The notes: generated by a model not told the origin, from the sequence alone. A stretch of 64,000 bases of DNA from Gloeobacterales cyanobacterium (GCA_038245785.1 JBBRSB010000011.1:32001-96000); one strand, 5' to 3'; counted from the stretch's first letter, positions 18,411-28,295 are shown. Program-made: numbers and translations.

Positions 18411-21361
18411 CTTTAGTGCGCATTCCTGTCTCTATTCTTGAGTCTCTAAGAGAGATTCCCCTTTTTAATCAGCTCACTTCAGAGCAATTGCACACCATCG
18501 CAGCAAAATGCCAACGGGTCCGTTATCGCATGGGCCAGTTCATGATGGTCCGTGGAAAAATGCCTGCTCAGGTCATGATTATCTGTGAAGGGCAGGCTCG
18601 ACTTTTGGGGTATGACCAACGCACAGAAACTTTAGAGAGCCTGGAAATCGTCGGTGCCGGAGCAATTTTGGGTTGGTTGAGCTTGCTGCGCAGCGTACCC
18701 TGTGAAACAGCCATTGCTTCTACGGAAGTCTCCTCTATTACTCTTTCCGCAGAAGACTTCTGGTCCTTATTCGCTGCGGAACCTTCGTTCAAGCGTCTCG
18801 ATGAGTGCACGACGCTGACAGAAGTGTTTGAGCTATTGAGTATCTCATTGCAGCAACAAGCCCATAGCCCTACGAATCTAAAAGACCTGGCTCTCCAAGC
18901 CGAGCAGGATGCTATTGTCCTGAATTTGTCCAAAGGTCAAGTAGCTTCTACACAGCTAGACCCCAATCGCCTTTGGCTGGTGAGTGCGGGAGTGGTAGAA
19001 GGCTTTCCCGTGGGGAGCCGCTTACCGCTTGAACACACACCTCAACGATGGCGCGCTGTTGGGATGCAAGGTGTTCGCTTACTTGGTTTGCGCATTAAAG
19101 AACGTCAAGAGCCTGTCCAAATAGACAATATTCTTCCTTTTCCTCGCCTGCAAACTGCGGATATTCCCTACGCATCTGAGCCACCCTCTGCCCCCATCGA
19201 AGATCAATCTATCCTCAAAACTCCCTTTGTGCGGGGACGAGGGGCTATGAATGGATCTTTGGCCTGTTTTCAAATGCTTAGTCAGTCCTTAGGCATTCCC
19301 TTCCGGAAAGATTCGGTCCGACGGGTTTTAGAAAATCAATTGCAAAATAGTGAGCGAATCTCGCTGCCGGTGGGTGGAGCGATTGCAGAAATGATCGGTT
19401 TGCGGGCTCAGGTGGTGAATGTCTCTACCACAGCCATCCCGCGACTGAAAATGCCTGCCCTGATTCACTGGCAGGATAGCTTGGCCGTTTTGTATCAAGC
19501 GAGCGCAGAGGAATTCTTGATTGCTGACCCAGAGCGTGGAATCCGTCGTCACTCGTCTCAGGAATTTGCAACGCTTTGGGGAGATACAGGTTCGCTGTTA
19601 CTGGTGGAGGCTCCTCTAGGGGAGCGCTCGGAGAAATTCAGCTTGCGCTGGTTTCTTCCTGCTATTCGCAAGTATCGCCGTGTGTTAACGGAAGTCCTGG
19701 TGGCTTCATTTTTTATCCAATTGTTTGGTCTGGCCAACCCTTTGATTACCCAAGTGATCATTGATAAGGTTTTAGTCCAACACAGCCTCGATACGCTGGA
19801 TGTGTTGGGCATCTTTTTGCTGGGTGTGGCTGTATTTGAAGCCCTGCTCACCAGTTTGCGCACCTATTTATTCACCGACACCACCAATCGTATCGACCTG
19901 AGCCTTGGTTCGGAGGTAATGGCTCATCTTCTCCGATTACCCCTAAGCTTCTTCGATCGCCGTCGCATCGGAGAACTGGCGGGTCGGTTTAATGAACTGG
20001 AAAATATTCGCCAATTTCTGACGGGAACAGCTCTCACTGTTGTGATGGATGCGGTATTTTCAGTGATTTATATCGCGGTCATGCTGATTTATAGCTGGCA
20101 GTTGAGCTTGGTAACCCTGGCAACGGTGCCTTTGTTTGGGCTGCTGACCGTTTGTGTTTCGCCGATTGTGCGTCGGCAACTGCAGACCAAGGCAGAACGC
20201 TATGCCGATGCTCAAGCCTATTTGGTAGAAATCCTTTCAGGGATGCAAACCGTCAAGGCTCAGAATATCGAACTGAAATCGCGCTGGCAGTGGCAAGAAC
20301 GCTATGCCCGCTATATCAACGATGGCTTCCAGAGTGTCTTGACCTTTAGCAATGCCAGTTCGATCAGTGGTTTTTTAAATAAGCTATCGGGCTTGCTCCT
20401 GCTCTGGGTTGGAGCGCACTTGGTCCTGGCCAATCAACTCACCTTGGGCCAACTGATCGCCTTTCGGATTATTGCCAGCTATGTCACAAGTCCTCTACTG
20501 CGTCTAATCCAGCTCTGGCAGAACTTTCAGGAAACAGCGCTATCCATTGAACGGCTTGGCGATATCCTTGATACCCCGCAAGAGGTAGATGAAAATGACC
20601 GCAACAACATCGCCTTGCCTGAGATTCAAGGAGCGGTTAGCTATAGCGGGATTTCCTTTGGCTTCAATCCCAAGGGTAATTTGCAACTGCTCAATATTAA
20701 TCTGGAGTTTCCGGCTGGCACCTTTGTTGGCATTGTTGGTCAAAGCGGTTCGGGCAAGAGTACCCTGGCAAAATTGCTGCCTCGTCTCTATGAGCCGACT
20801 TCTGGTCAGATTCAGATCGATGGCTATGACATTAGTAAAGTCGAACTGAACTCACTGCGTCGTCAGATCGGCATGGTGCTCCAAGATACGCTGCTATTCA
20901 ACGGCACGATTCAAGAAAATATCGCTCTAAACGACCCAGATGCCAGCACGGAAGAAGTGATTGCCGCCGCAAAAGCGGCAGCGGCCCATGATTTCATCAT
21001 GACCTTGTCCCATGGCTACAACACGCTCGTCGGAGAGCGCGGGTCTACCTTGTCGGGTGGTCAACGCCAGCGGATTGCCATCGCCCGCGCAGTGCTTCAA
21101 AACCCCAGGCTTCTGATTCTTGATGAAGCCACCAGTGCTTTGGACTATGACACAGAGCAGCATGTATGCCAGAACCTGGCGAGCCTGTTTCGGGGCCGCA
21201 CACTCTTTTTCATTACCCATCGTCTTAACACCGTCAAAAATGCAGACGTGATTTTGGTGATGGATAAAGGTGCAGTGGTGGAGCAAGGAACCCATGCTGA
21301 ATTGATGGCCTTAAGAGGTCGCTATTACTGCCTTTATCAACAGCAGGAGTCACAGCTATGA
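18407..21361 (+). CDS. Type I secretion ABC transporter (cNMP-binding + C39-like + TM + ATPase; HlyB family)
   Basis: Walker A GQSGSGKST, LSGGQRQR, ILDEATSALD; N-terminal cNMP-like domain; ATGA overlaps with both neighbours. Confidence 0.95.
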   Translation: MTLVRIPVSILESLREIPLFNQLTSEQLHTIAAKCQRVRYRMGQFMMVRGKMPAQVMIICEGQARLLGYDQRTETLESLEIVGAGAILGWLSLLRSVPCETAIASTEVSSITLSAEDFWSLFAAEPSFKRLDECTTLTEVFELLSISLQQQAHSPTNLKDLALQAEQDAIVLNLSKGQVASTQLDPNRLWLVSAGVVEGFPVGSRLPLEHTPQRWRAVGMQGVRLLGLRIKERQEPVQIDNILPFPRLQTADIPYASEPPSAPIEDQSILKTPFVRGRGAMNGSLACFQMLSQSLGIPFRKDSVRRVLENQLQNSERISLPVGGAIAEMIGLRAQVVNVSTTAIPRLKMPALIHWQDSLAVLYQASAEEFLIADPERGIRRHSSQEFATLWGDTGSLLLVEAPLGERSEKFSLRWFLPAIRKYRRVLTEVLVASFFIQLFGLANPLITQVIIDKVLVQHSLDTLDVLGIFLLGVAVFEALLTSLRTYLFTDTTNRIDLSLGSEVMAHLLRLPLSFFDRRRIGELAGRFNELENIRQFLTGTALTVVMDAVFSVIYIAVMLIYSWQLSLVTLATVPLFGLLTVCVSPIVRRQLQTKAERYADAQAYLVEILSGMQTVKAQNIELKSRWQWQERYARYINDGFQSVLTFSNASSISGFLNKLSGLLLLWVGAHLVLANQLTLGQLIAFRIIASYVTSPLLRLIQLWQNFQETALSIERLGDILDTPQEVDENDRNNIALPEIQGAVSYSGISFGFNPKGNLQLLNINLEFPAGTFVGIVGQSGSGKSTLAKLLPRLYEPTSGQIQIDGYDISKVELNSLRRQIGMVLQDTLLFNGTIQENIALNDPDASTEEVIAAAKAAAAHDFIMTLSHGYNTLVGERGSTLSGGQRQRIAIARAVLQNPRLLILDEATSALDYDTEQHVCQNLASLFRGRTLFFITHRLNTVKNADVILVMDKGAVVEQGTHAELMALRGRYYCLYQQQESQL

Positions 21362-22806
21362 AAGCGGGAATAACCCTAGAACAACCCGTAATTTTGGAGC
21401 GTCCCCAAATTTGGTCCCGTATCTATATTTGGTTGATCATCGGGATTGTGACTTCCAGTCTTGTCTGGGCAGCCTTAGCAGAGCTGGAACAGGCCGTGCC
21501 TGCCACGGGGAAGTTGGAACCCCAAGGTTCTGTGCAAGAGATTAAAGCTCCGGCAGGAGGCGTAGTGCAAACTATTGAGGTCCAAGATGGACAGCGGGTG
21601 AAAAAAGGCCAACGTTTGTTGAGCTTTGATCCGACAACAGCAAAAGCTGAACTAGAATCCCTGATTAAACTTAGAGCATCCCTGATCGGAGAAAATAAAT
21701 TTTATCAGTCTTATCCGACCGCTACTGACAACAGTGCATCTATTACCGCTAGAAACGATTTGCAACCTTTAATGCAACTCCGAGCGACCCTTATTGCGGA
21801 GAACCAATCTTATAGGACTGAGCTAGCAGGTCAAAATGTACCTGATAGAAGTGGAGAATTCAATGCCAATCAGCAAAAGCTGGTAACCGCCAGTCAGTCC
21901 GAAAATCGATCTCGGCTCGTTACAGCCCAACTGCAAATTCAGGAGTTGCAAAAACAGCTCATTCAAAACCAGGCTCAGTTGGCCAATGCCAAAAAGATAT
22001 TTAGCCTCAATCAAAATATTTCCCAGCGGATGCGTTCTATCGTCGCGGAAGGAGCGATTTCTGAGGTGCAGGTTCAAAAGCAAGAGCAAGAAGCTTTGAG
22101 CCGCCTGTCAGAAGTGGAACGACTCCAAGGCGAGCAGCAGCGTTTAAGTGTGAGCATCACACGAGCACGAGAACAGGTCCAACAAGTACTTGCCACTGCG
22201 GACAAAGAGGTTTTAACTAAAATTGCTGATAATCAAAAACGCATGGCCGAAATAGATACGCAGCTTAGTCGGACGCAACTGGAAAATCAAAAAAAGATTA
22301 CCGAGATTGACAGTCAAATCAGCAAGGCAAAAGTAGCCCTTCAATATCAGGAGCTGCGTTCTCCCGTGGAGGGTGTGGTGTTCAATCTTCAGGCTCACGC
22401 GTCAGGATTTGTCGCCAATACCACTCAGCCTATTCTCAGCATCGTTCCCAGCGATCATCTTGTTGCTTCGGTAGAACTTGCCAACAAAGACATTGGCTCT
22501 ATCCAACCTGGAATGCCTGTCGATATCAAGATTGAGTCCTTTCCTGAAAGTGAATTTGGCAGCCTCAAGGGCAAATTAATTTGGCTCGGTTCCGATGCCT
22601 TACCTCCTACCCAAAGCCGCCCTTTCTATGCCTTCCCTGCCAAAATTGAGTTAGAACGTCAGTCCATGTCAAACAACGGAAAAATTCTTCCCCTGCAATC
22701 GGGTATGGCCGTGAATTGCAGTATCAAACTGCGAAAGCGCACTTTCCTCAGCCTTTTCCTCAATATGTTTGATAAGAAAGTGAAGAGCTTAGAATCTGTT
22801 CGATAA
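21358..22806 (+). CDS. HlyD-family membrane fusion protein
   Basis: N-terminal TM, ATGKLEPQG..EIKAPAGGVV, long coiled coil, LQSGMAV. Confidence 0.95.
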   Translation: MKAGITLEQPVILERPQIWSRIYIWLIIGIVTSSLVWAALAELEQAVPATGKLEPQGSVQEIKAPAGGVVQTIEVQDGQRVKKGQRLLSFDPTTAKAELESLIKLRASLIGENKFYQSYPTATDNSASITARNDLQPLMQLRATLIAENQSYRTELAGQNVPDRSGEFNANQQKLVTASQSENRSRLVTAQLQIQELQKQLIQNQAQLANAKKIFSLNQNISQRMRSIVAEGAISEVQVQKQEQEALSRLSEVERLQGEQQRLSVSITRAREQVQQVLATADKEVLTKIADNQKRMAEIDTQLSRTQLENQKKITEIDSQISKAKVALQYQELRSPVEGVVFNLQAHASGFVANTTQPILSIVPSDHLVASVELANKDIGSIQPGMPVDIKIESFPESEFGSLKGKLIWLGSDALPPTQSRPFYAFPAKIELERQSMSNNGKILPLQSGMAVNCSIKLRKRTFLSLFLNMFDKKVKSLESVR

Positions 22807-22849
22807 AAATCTGGAAATATTTGACATTTATTCCTGCTGTGTGTGAATC

Positions 22850-22985
22850 GCAAAGATGGTTATCCAAAATATTATCGGTATGGTTATTTGGATGAATGGA
22901 TAATCATGCCCAACCCGGTGCACAGGATTGTGGCATTAAACCACCAACGTCGCAGGGGCGATTTGCAAATCGCCCCTGCGAACGC
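22850..22985 (+). pseudogene. Fragment of a REP-associated Y1 (RAYT/IS200-like) transposase with adjoining REP-like palindrome
   Basis: LDEWIIMPNPVHRIV resembles the LDxxxIMPNHxHGI HUH motif; perfect 30-nt palindrome at 22951-22980. Confidence 0.7.
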
Positions 22986-23115
22986 CGAAAATGCAACCAC
23001 ACCATCTAAAAAAATGTCCCACCAAAATGTTCCAATGGTTTGTGTTTTGACATGCAAAACCATGGGTATTACCTTTCGGGATTCATGCAGGAACTCTATT
23101 GAATAAATTCAAACC

Positions 23116-23556
23116 CTAGAGCCTCTGAGCCTCTATTAAAACCTTAAAACGATTGAGGTCGGCCACAAGATTTTCATCAATCCAGCGGGCTACACCAACC
23201 TGTTCCAGAAAAGTGCCTACCACGCCCCCAGGGATTTCAAAAGCGAGGGCTAACTTGAGACGACAGCCTGAATCCTCTGGAAAAAATTCAATCTGTCCCC
23301 GATTTTTCAGACCCGAAATTGACTCCCAGGCAATCAGGCGCAAGGGGATTTTTCGAGTGGTGCGGGAAGTCCAAGTGACCGATAGAGGACCTGTACCGAA
23401 GCGCCAACGAGATATTTCAGTCTCGTGCGGCTGGCTGATAATTTTGACATCTTTGACAAACTCCATCCATTGGGGGAGATTTTCCATGTCTGCCCAGAGC
23501 TGATAAACCAGCTCTAGAGAACGGTCTACTCTCATCTCGACCGTTCGCTCTAGCAT
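23116..23556 (-). CDS. SRPBCC/START (polyketide cyclase-like) family protein
   Basis: VYQLWADMENLPQWM, IAWESISGLKNRGQIEF, ADLNRFK; TGATG overlap with the upstream methyltransferase. Confidence 0.9.
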   Translation of the reverse strand: MLERTVEMRVDRSLELVYQLWADMENLPQWMEFVKDVKIISQPHETEISRWRFGTGPLSVTWTSRTTRKIPLRLIAWESISGLKNRGQIEFFPEDSGCRLKLALAFEIPGGVVGTFLEQVGVARWIDENLVADLNRFKVLIEAQRL

Positions 23557-24173
23557 CAACGGCAAGCACCACTGAGCAAGATGGACCCCAACAAATATTG
23601 ATGGCCTTTAGACTGTAGCCCAGCAAAACCCATCAGCATTTCCCGTTCTCGATGGGAGAAAAGCTGTACATCGCCAGCTCCCAGGGCTTGAAAAGTCCAA
23701 TTGCTCACTGCTTCTAAAGGCTCTGAGCCAGCGATATCTGCCCAATAGAACCAACCACCCGGCTTGAGAACACGATGTATTTCTTCACAAACTTTGAGCG
23801 GATCAGCAAAGTGCAAAAAACTTAACATGCATACGACTTGGTCAAAACTGCGATCTTCGAAGGGAAGCAGCATGGCGTCCCCTTGCTTGAAAGAAGTACG
23901 CTTTGGGCAACCATGAACTTGATGAGCGCGGCTGATCATCTGCCAAGAAAGGTCTAACCCCACGGAGCCAATATCCGGTCTTTGACGGCCGAGTTGAATC
24001 AGTGCTTGCCCTGTACCGCAGCCTAAATCCAGGACCTGAGCGCCAAAAGGGACTTTGGCCATTTCCCAAAAACGACGATGAACACTCCCCATGAACACCC
24101 GATTTATCATCAGGTCATACTGGCCAGCCCAATTATCAAAGAAAGTTTGCTTTGTATTAGAAGTCGCGACCAT
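23556..24173 (-). CDS. Class I SAM-dependent methyltransferase
   Basis: VLDLGCGTG, GLDLS, GDAMLLPFEDRSFD, RVLKPGG. Confidence 0.92.
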   Translation of the reverse strand: MVATSNTKQTFFDNWAGQYDLMINRVFMGSVHRRFWEMAKVPFGAQVLDLGCGTGQALIQLGRQRPDIGSVGLDLSWQMISRAHQVHGCPKRTSFKQGDAMLLPFEDRSFDQVVCMLSFLHFADPLKVCEEIHRVLKPGGWFYWADIAGSEPLEAVSNWTFQALGAGDVQLFSHREREMLMGFAGLQSKGHQYLLGSILLSGACR

Positions 24174-24297
24174 GCTGCTCAGCCTTAAGTTTTGAAGCCT
24201 ATGGAGTTAGGGAAGCGGACCCAACTGTCCATACCCGTATTAAACGACGGTCTTCAAAGAATTGAACTAGACTCAAGAGCAGGTTACTGTAGCATGT

Positions 24298-25362
24298 ATG
24301 TCGAAAACGCATGGAGGGAAGCTTTTCCAGCCTGCGGCCGCTACACAAAACGCAACACTTTTATATCGGTATAAAACGCTTGTGATTAATAAACCCATCG
24401 ATAACCTGGACCGCTACCTTGAAGAGATTGGCCGTTACCCGCTTCTCTCCAAAGAGCGGGAGGTTGATTTGTCGCGCCAAGTCCAGCAGAGACTGGCTCT
24501 TGTAGCACTAACGGAAGGCAGCGAAATCCAGCCGGACCTCTGGGCCAAAAAAGCTGGAGTCAGTACCGAAGAACTCCAGCAAACCTTGAAGACGGGCGAA
24601 CGGGCCAAAGAAGTCCTAGTCCGCCATAATCTACGCCTCGTGGTCTCTATCGCCAAGAAATATCGGGACCAGGGACTCTCCTTGGAGGACTTGATCCAAG
24701 AAGGGAATGTGGGGCTGATGCAGGCCGCCGAACGCTTCGATCCCGAAAAAGGCTACCGATTCAGTACCTATGCCACTTGGTGGATCCGCCGGGATGTATC
24801 TCAAGCCGTGGCCAATCAAGGCCGAACGATTCGCGTGTCGGTCTATATGCAAAAGAAGATGAGCCAGTATCGCCAAACGATGCGGGAACTCTCGATCCAA
24901 CTGGGACGCCGTCCCACCCACCGAGAAATCACCGCTCAATTGGGTCTGAGCGATACCAACGAAGAATTGCTGGTGCAGCACAGTCGTCCTCTCATCTCGC
25001 TCAATGAATTGTCGGGAGAACATGAAGACCAAGAGCGCATGGAACGTCTGGTGGATCCGATGGCAACTCCGATCCAAAACTTGGAAGAGCGGGATACCAA
25101 GCAATTGCTTTGGTCCTCCCTCAGCCGTCTAGAACCTCTAGAGAAGAAAGTAATTACCGCTCGTTTTGGTTTAGACCACCAGGGTGCGCGGTCCTACGGA
25201 GAAATTGAAAAAGAATTAGAGCTTACCACCCGCCAAGTCCGCCGCCTTCTGAATACGGCTTTAGAAAAATTGCAGAAGGGGCTGATTCAAAACTCTTCTG
25301 CCGGACTTTCCCTCTTCGTGATGGCAAAGTCGATTGTGGGAGCCCATCCATGGCATTTTTAG
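24298..25362 (+). CDS. RpoD/SigA-family (group 2-like) sigma-70 factor with atypical promoter-recognition regions; start uncertain
   Basis: Region 1.2 YLEEIGRYPLL, region 2 NLRLVVSIAKKY..DLIQEGNVGL..FDPEKGYRFSTYATWWIR; no region 1.1. Confidence 0.9.
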   Translation: MSKTHGGKLFQPAAATQNATLLYRYKTLVINKPIDNLDRYLEEIGRYPLLSKEREVDLSRQVQQRLALVALTEGSEIQPDLWAKKAGVSTEELQQTLKTGERAKEVLVRHNLRLVVSIAKKYRDQGLSLEDLIQEGNVGLMQAAERFDPEKGYRFSTYATWWIRRDVSQAVANQGRTIRVSVYMQKKMSQYRQTMRELSIQLGRRPTHREITAQLGLSDTNEELLVQHSRPLISLNELSGEHEDQERMERLVDPMATPIQNLEERDTKQLLWSSLSRLEPLEKKVITARFGLDHQGARSYGEIEKELELTTRQVRRLLNTALEKLQKGLIQNSSAGLSLFVMAKSIVGAHPWHF

Positions 25363-25378
25363 GTACTTCATAGAGCCT

Positions 25379-26032
25379 ATGGCTGTGAATGAAAGCCGCG
25401 AAAGCCCCTTGCCCAAGTTCTTACTCCTCCTATTACTTTTGGGAACTGGGGTGATCCTCTTTCGGTGGAGCCCTTTGTCTGCTTTATTTCATCCAGACCA
25501 GCTCTCTCAGCTCGGGGGATGGACAGCGCCTGCCTATATCTTGCTTTTTGCCCTGGCCTTGACAAGCGGGCTGCCCGCTGGAATCTTTGCGCTGTCGGCT
25601 GGTGCATTATTTGGTCCTTGGTGGGGAACCCTGTGGGCCCTCTGCGGAGGTATGCTCGGAGCGACCCTCGCTTTTTTATTGGCTCGCCGCTTAGGCCGCG
25701 AACAGGTGGAGCGTTGGGTGAAGCAAAAACGCTGGGACCGATGGGATGAACTCATCGAAACTCGGGGTTTTGAAGGAATGGTTTATGCCCGCCTTTTGCC
25801 TACTCCCTATGCTTTGGTCAGCTTTGCAGCGGGCTTGAGTAAGGTGCGCTTCCGAGATTATTGGTGGGGTTCCCTGCTTGGAAACTTGCCTGGCATGGCC
25901 GCTTTTGTTTGGATGGGGCATGCTGGCCTCGCTTTTGGAACAAATCAGGGCGGATGGTCAACCGTCCTTCTTATTGCCGGAGCAGGATGCTTGATTATTG
26001 GGCCTGCCCTTTGGGTAAAGCGTCGTATCTAA
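25379..26032 (+). CDS. TVP38/TMEM64 (DedA/VTT) family membrane protein
   Basis: AGALFGPWWG..GATLAFLLARRLGR, ARLLP..YALVSFAAGLS.VRFRDY. Confidence 0.9.
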   Translation: MAVNESRESPLPKFLLLLLLLGTGVILFRWSPLSALFHPDQLSQLGGWTAPAYILLFALALTSGLPAGIFALSAGALFGPWWGTLWALCGGMLGATLAFLLARRLGREQVERWVKQKRWDRWDELIETRGFEGMVYARLLPTPYALVSFAAGLSKVRFRDYWWGSLLGNLPGMAAFVWMGHAGLAFGTNQGGWSTVLLIAGAGCLIIGPALWVKRRI

Positions 26033-26745
26033 TTAAGTGTTTGTAGTGTATTTATTTATACATTAGTACTCAGTAATGCTCAGTATTTAATCAACTAGGT
26101 TGATGCGTGATTACTAGCAACTGATCAGCTTATAAGCATTATGTTTAGTTGTTAAAGCACTATAGTTCCTAGTAGGAAATACTGCATAAAAGTAGAAAAT
26201 GCCAATCATAAAAGAAAGCTAAAGTTATCCCTAATATCCGTATAACCGCTGACAACACACCTGCAATCATTGCCATAGTATGAGGCGCAACACCAATGTC
26301 AGTGGAACAGATTTATCTGATTCCCAACTGCCTTGTGTTGCATATAGCTAATGGTTTTCCAATGTATTTGGTTAAGGCCAACGTTTTCATTGGGATGAAA
26401 ACTATACATAAAGGAGTGAGCGTGAAATGTCATCTAGCCATGAAGAAAAGCTGTAACGGGGAGTTGGCCTCTGGCTTGCTAATTATGCCTGCAATCTATA
26501 GCTAGATCTGCCCCAATGTCAGCTAAAAGCGCGAGAACTGAGCCCATCACTGCAGGGACGAACGTTCTTCTTAAATTGTTTCATCCTTCTTCCTCTTAGA
26601 ACCTAGATCGCGGCATACCTCCCACTCAGTTCCTGTCACCGATAGACAAATTTTTCTTTTCTTGACGTAGCTTCTTGCCATGAAAGCTGGAAGCGCAAAG
26701 AGGTACGAACTTCACAAAATCTCGACAATAATTCACGGAGTGATC

Positions 26746-28290
26746 ATGAGACAACCTATCAATAACCACACAAAGCACGCACCACATAGCCTACTTGAGC
26801 AGTCTAAGTATGGTCGCCTGTGGTTCCTAGCACAGTTTGCGATGGTGGCTGTTCTGTTGCCCTTTGCCGCTCAAGCGCTTCCCTTAGACGCTCGCCCACA
26901 GCCGTTGCTATTAGCTCAGGCCACGGCACCCGCCGAGCCCAACCCCAACTGCACCCTGATTGTGCCCGCTAGCCCCCTTACAGCTAAAGGACTCGCAACG
27001 CCCTATCAATTGACCGCGACGGATCCTGCGGCTGGTCCCTGTAGTGAATCCGTCAAGGTTCAAGCATCGTTTGTTGAAGCTGCGATTATTGACCCAGCTA
27101 ATGGGCAGATTGTGATTTATCATCCCTTGATCGTTGACAAGGGGCAGCAGCCAGCAAAACCTCCTGTCGTCCCTTATCTGCCACCCAACGCAAAAGTGGG
27201 CATCTGGTTTGGTGGCAACGGTGGAACTCTAACCCTCCAGGGTACGGACGACTTAGCGCTTAGTAAGTGTGTTAACGGCCTACCTGGTGGTGACAACTTC
27301 GGACAGGTCGCCTACTGCAATGCACCAGCCTTCTTCCGTGCTGCTCACCGCGCTATCCGCTATGGGCAGTTACAAGTTCCAGCCTTAGGGGTGGCCAAGG
27401 ATGGTCAGACATGTCCCACTGTCAGGGATTTTTCGATCGTGGACATGGACCAAAGCGACAATGTCCTCGCAACCTATTTGGTGACCGCAGATGGAAAACT
27501 GGCCCAGGAGACTCAGGCTAATAAACAGGCACTGCCGGGAGCAAAGCAGCTCAAAAATGCCAGTGATAACCGCCTCGTTGCCATTGCCGTCAATGGTGCC
27601 TTAGGTTGCTCCCCGTGGAAAGCACCCAACCTCACCGATCCTGGTCAAACCGTGGCAGCCCTTGCTCTTAATGAAATACAAGCGAGACTTTACCAGTCCC
27701 GACCCATTGCCAGGGTTCCGGCTGGTCATGCCATGGTTCTAACTAACGGCCAGCCCAACTTGGAGAAGCTGAACGCCTATCGTCGAGGCGTTTTCCAAAG
27801 ACCTGTGTATTCCCTGGAGTTTGCAGACACCAAGCGCTACTGCCGTCGTCTCTTCCGAATAGCACCCGCCAGATTTAGTCTGGATGAAGTCTACACCAGG
27901 CCTGCAGCCTCACCGGATCCTGACGCCTCGAATTCTTTATTTACGTTTCTGGCACAGCGGTTTGTGGCCACAAATGAAGCTCTAGGCTGTTCGACCGCAC
28001 TGGGCGTAGAAAACCCAGTGACCGTGATCACTAATGCTGACGGTGTCGCCATCGATGCCAAGATCAGTCTTCCTGCCGATGCCAGCAACCAGGCCAAGTT
28101 GGCTCCTGCCGCCCCTGCTGATAACCAACAGGCAGCAACAGAGGCCGCTGTGGAAGCACCCGCCGCGACTGCACCAGCCGCAGAAACACCCGCAACAGAA
28201 GCCGCACCTGTCGCACAACCAACAACAGCAGCACCCGCGACCGTACCTGCTGCACAACCAACAACAGCGGATGTACCTCCAGGCCAATAA
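26746..28290 (+). CDS. Secreted Cys-containing hypothetical protein with Ala/Pro/Thr-rich tail
   Basis: GGAG RBS before ATG 26746; signal peptide ending AAQA; spaced cysteines; tail with AQPTTA repeated. Confidence 0.8.
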   Translation: MRQPINNHTKHAPHSLLEQSKYGRLWFLAQFAMVAVLLPFAAQALPLDARPQPLLLAQATAPAEPNPNCTLIVPASPLTAKGLATPYQLTATDPAAGPCSESVKVQASFVEAAIIDPANGQIVIYHPLIVDKGQQPAKPPVVPYLPPNAKVGIWFGGNGGTLTLQGTDDLALSKCVNGLPGGDNFGQVAYCNAPAFFRAAHRAIRYGQLQVPALGVAKDGQTCPTVRDFSIVDMDQSDNVLATYLVTADGKLAQETQANKQALPGAKQLKNASDNRLVAIAVNGALGCSPWKAPNLTDPGQTVAALALNEIQARLYQSRPIARVPAGHAMVLTNGQPNLEKLNAYRRGVFQRPVYSLEFADTKRYCRRLFRIAPARFSLDEVYTRPAASPDPDASNSLFTFLAQRFVATNEALGCSTALGVENPVTVITNADGVAIDAKISLPADASNQAKLAPAAPADNQQAATEAAVEAPAATAPAAETPATEAAPVAQPTTAAPATVPAAQPTTADVPPGQ

Positions 28291-28295
28291 TCGGT

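Noticed and set aside
26033..26700. Long AT-rich gap with a 69-aa ORF and a short hydrophobic minus-strand frame; checked for riboswitch or CRISPR
   Set aside because: No repeat-spacer pattern, no riboswitch consensus recognised, and the ORFs lack motifs
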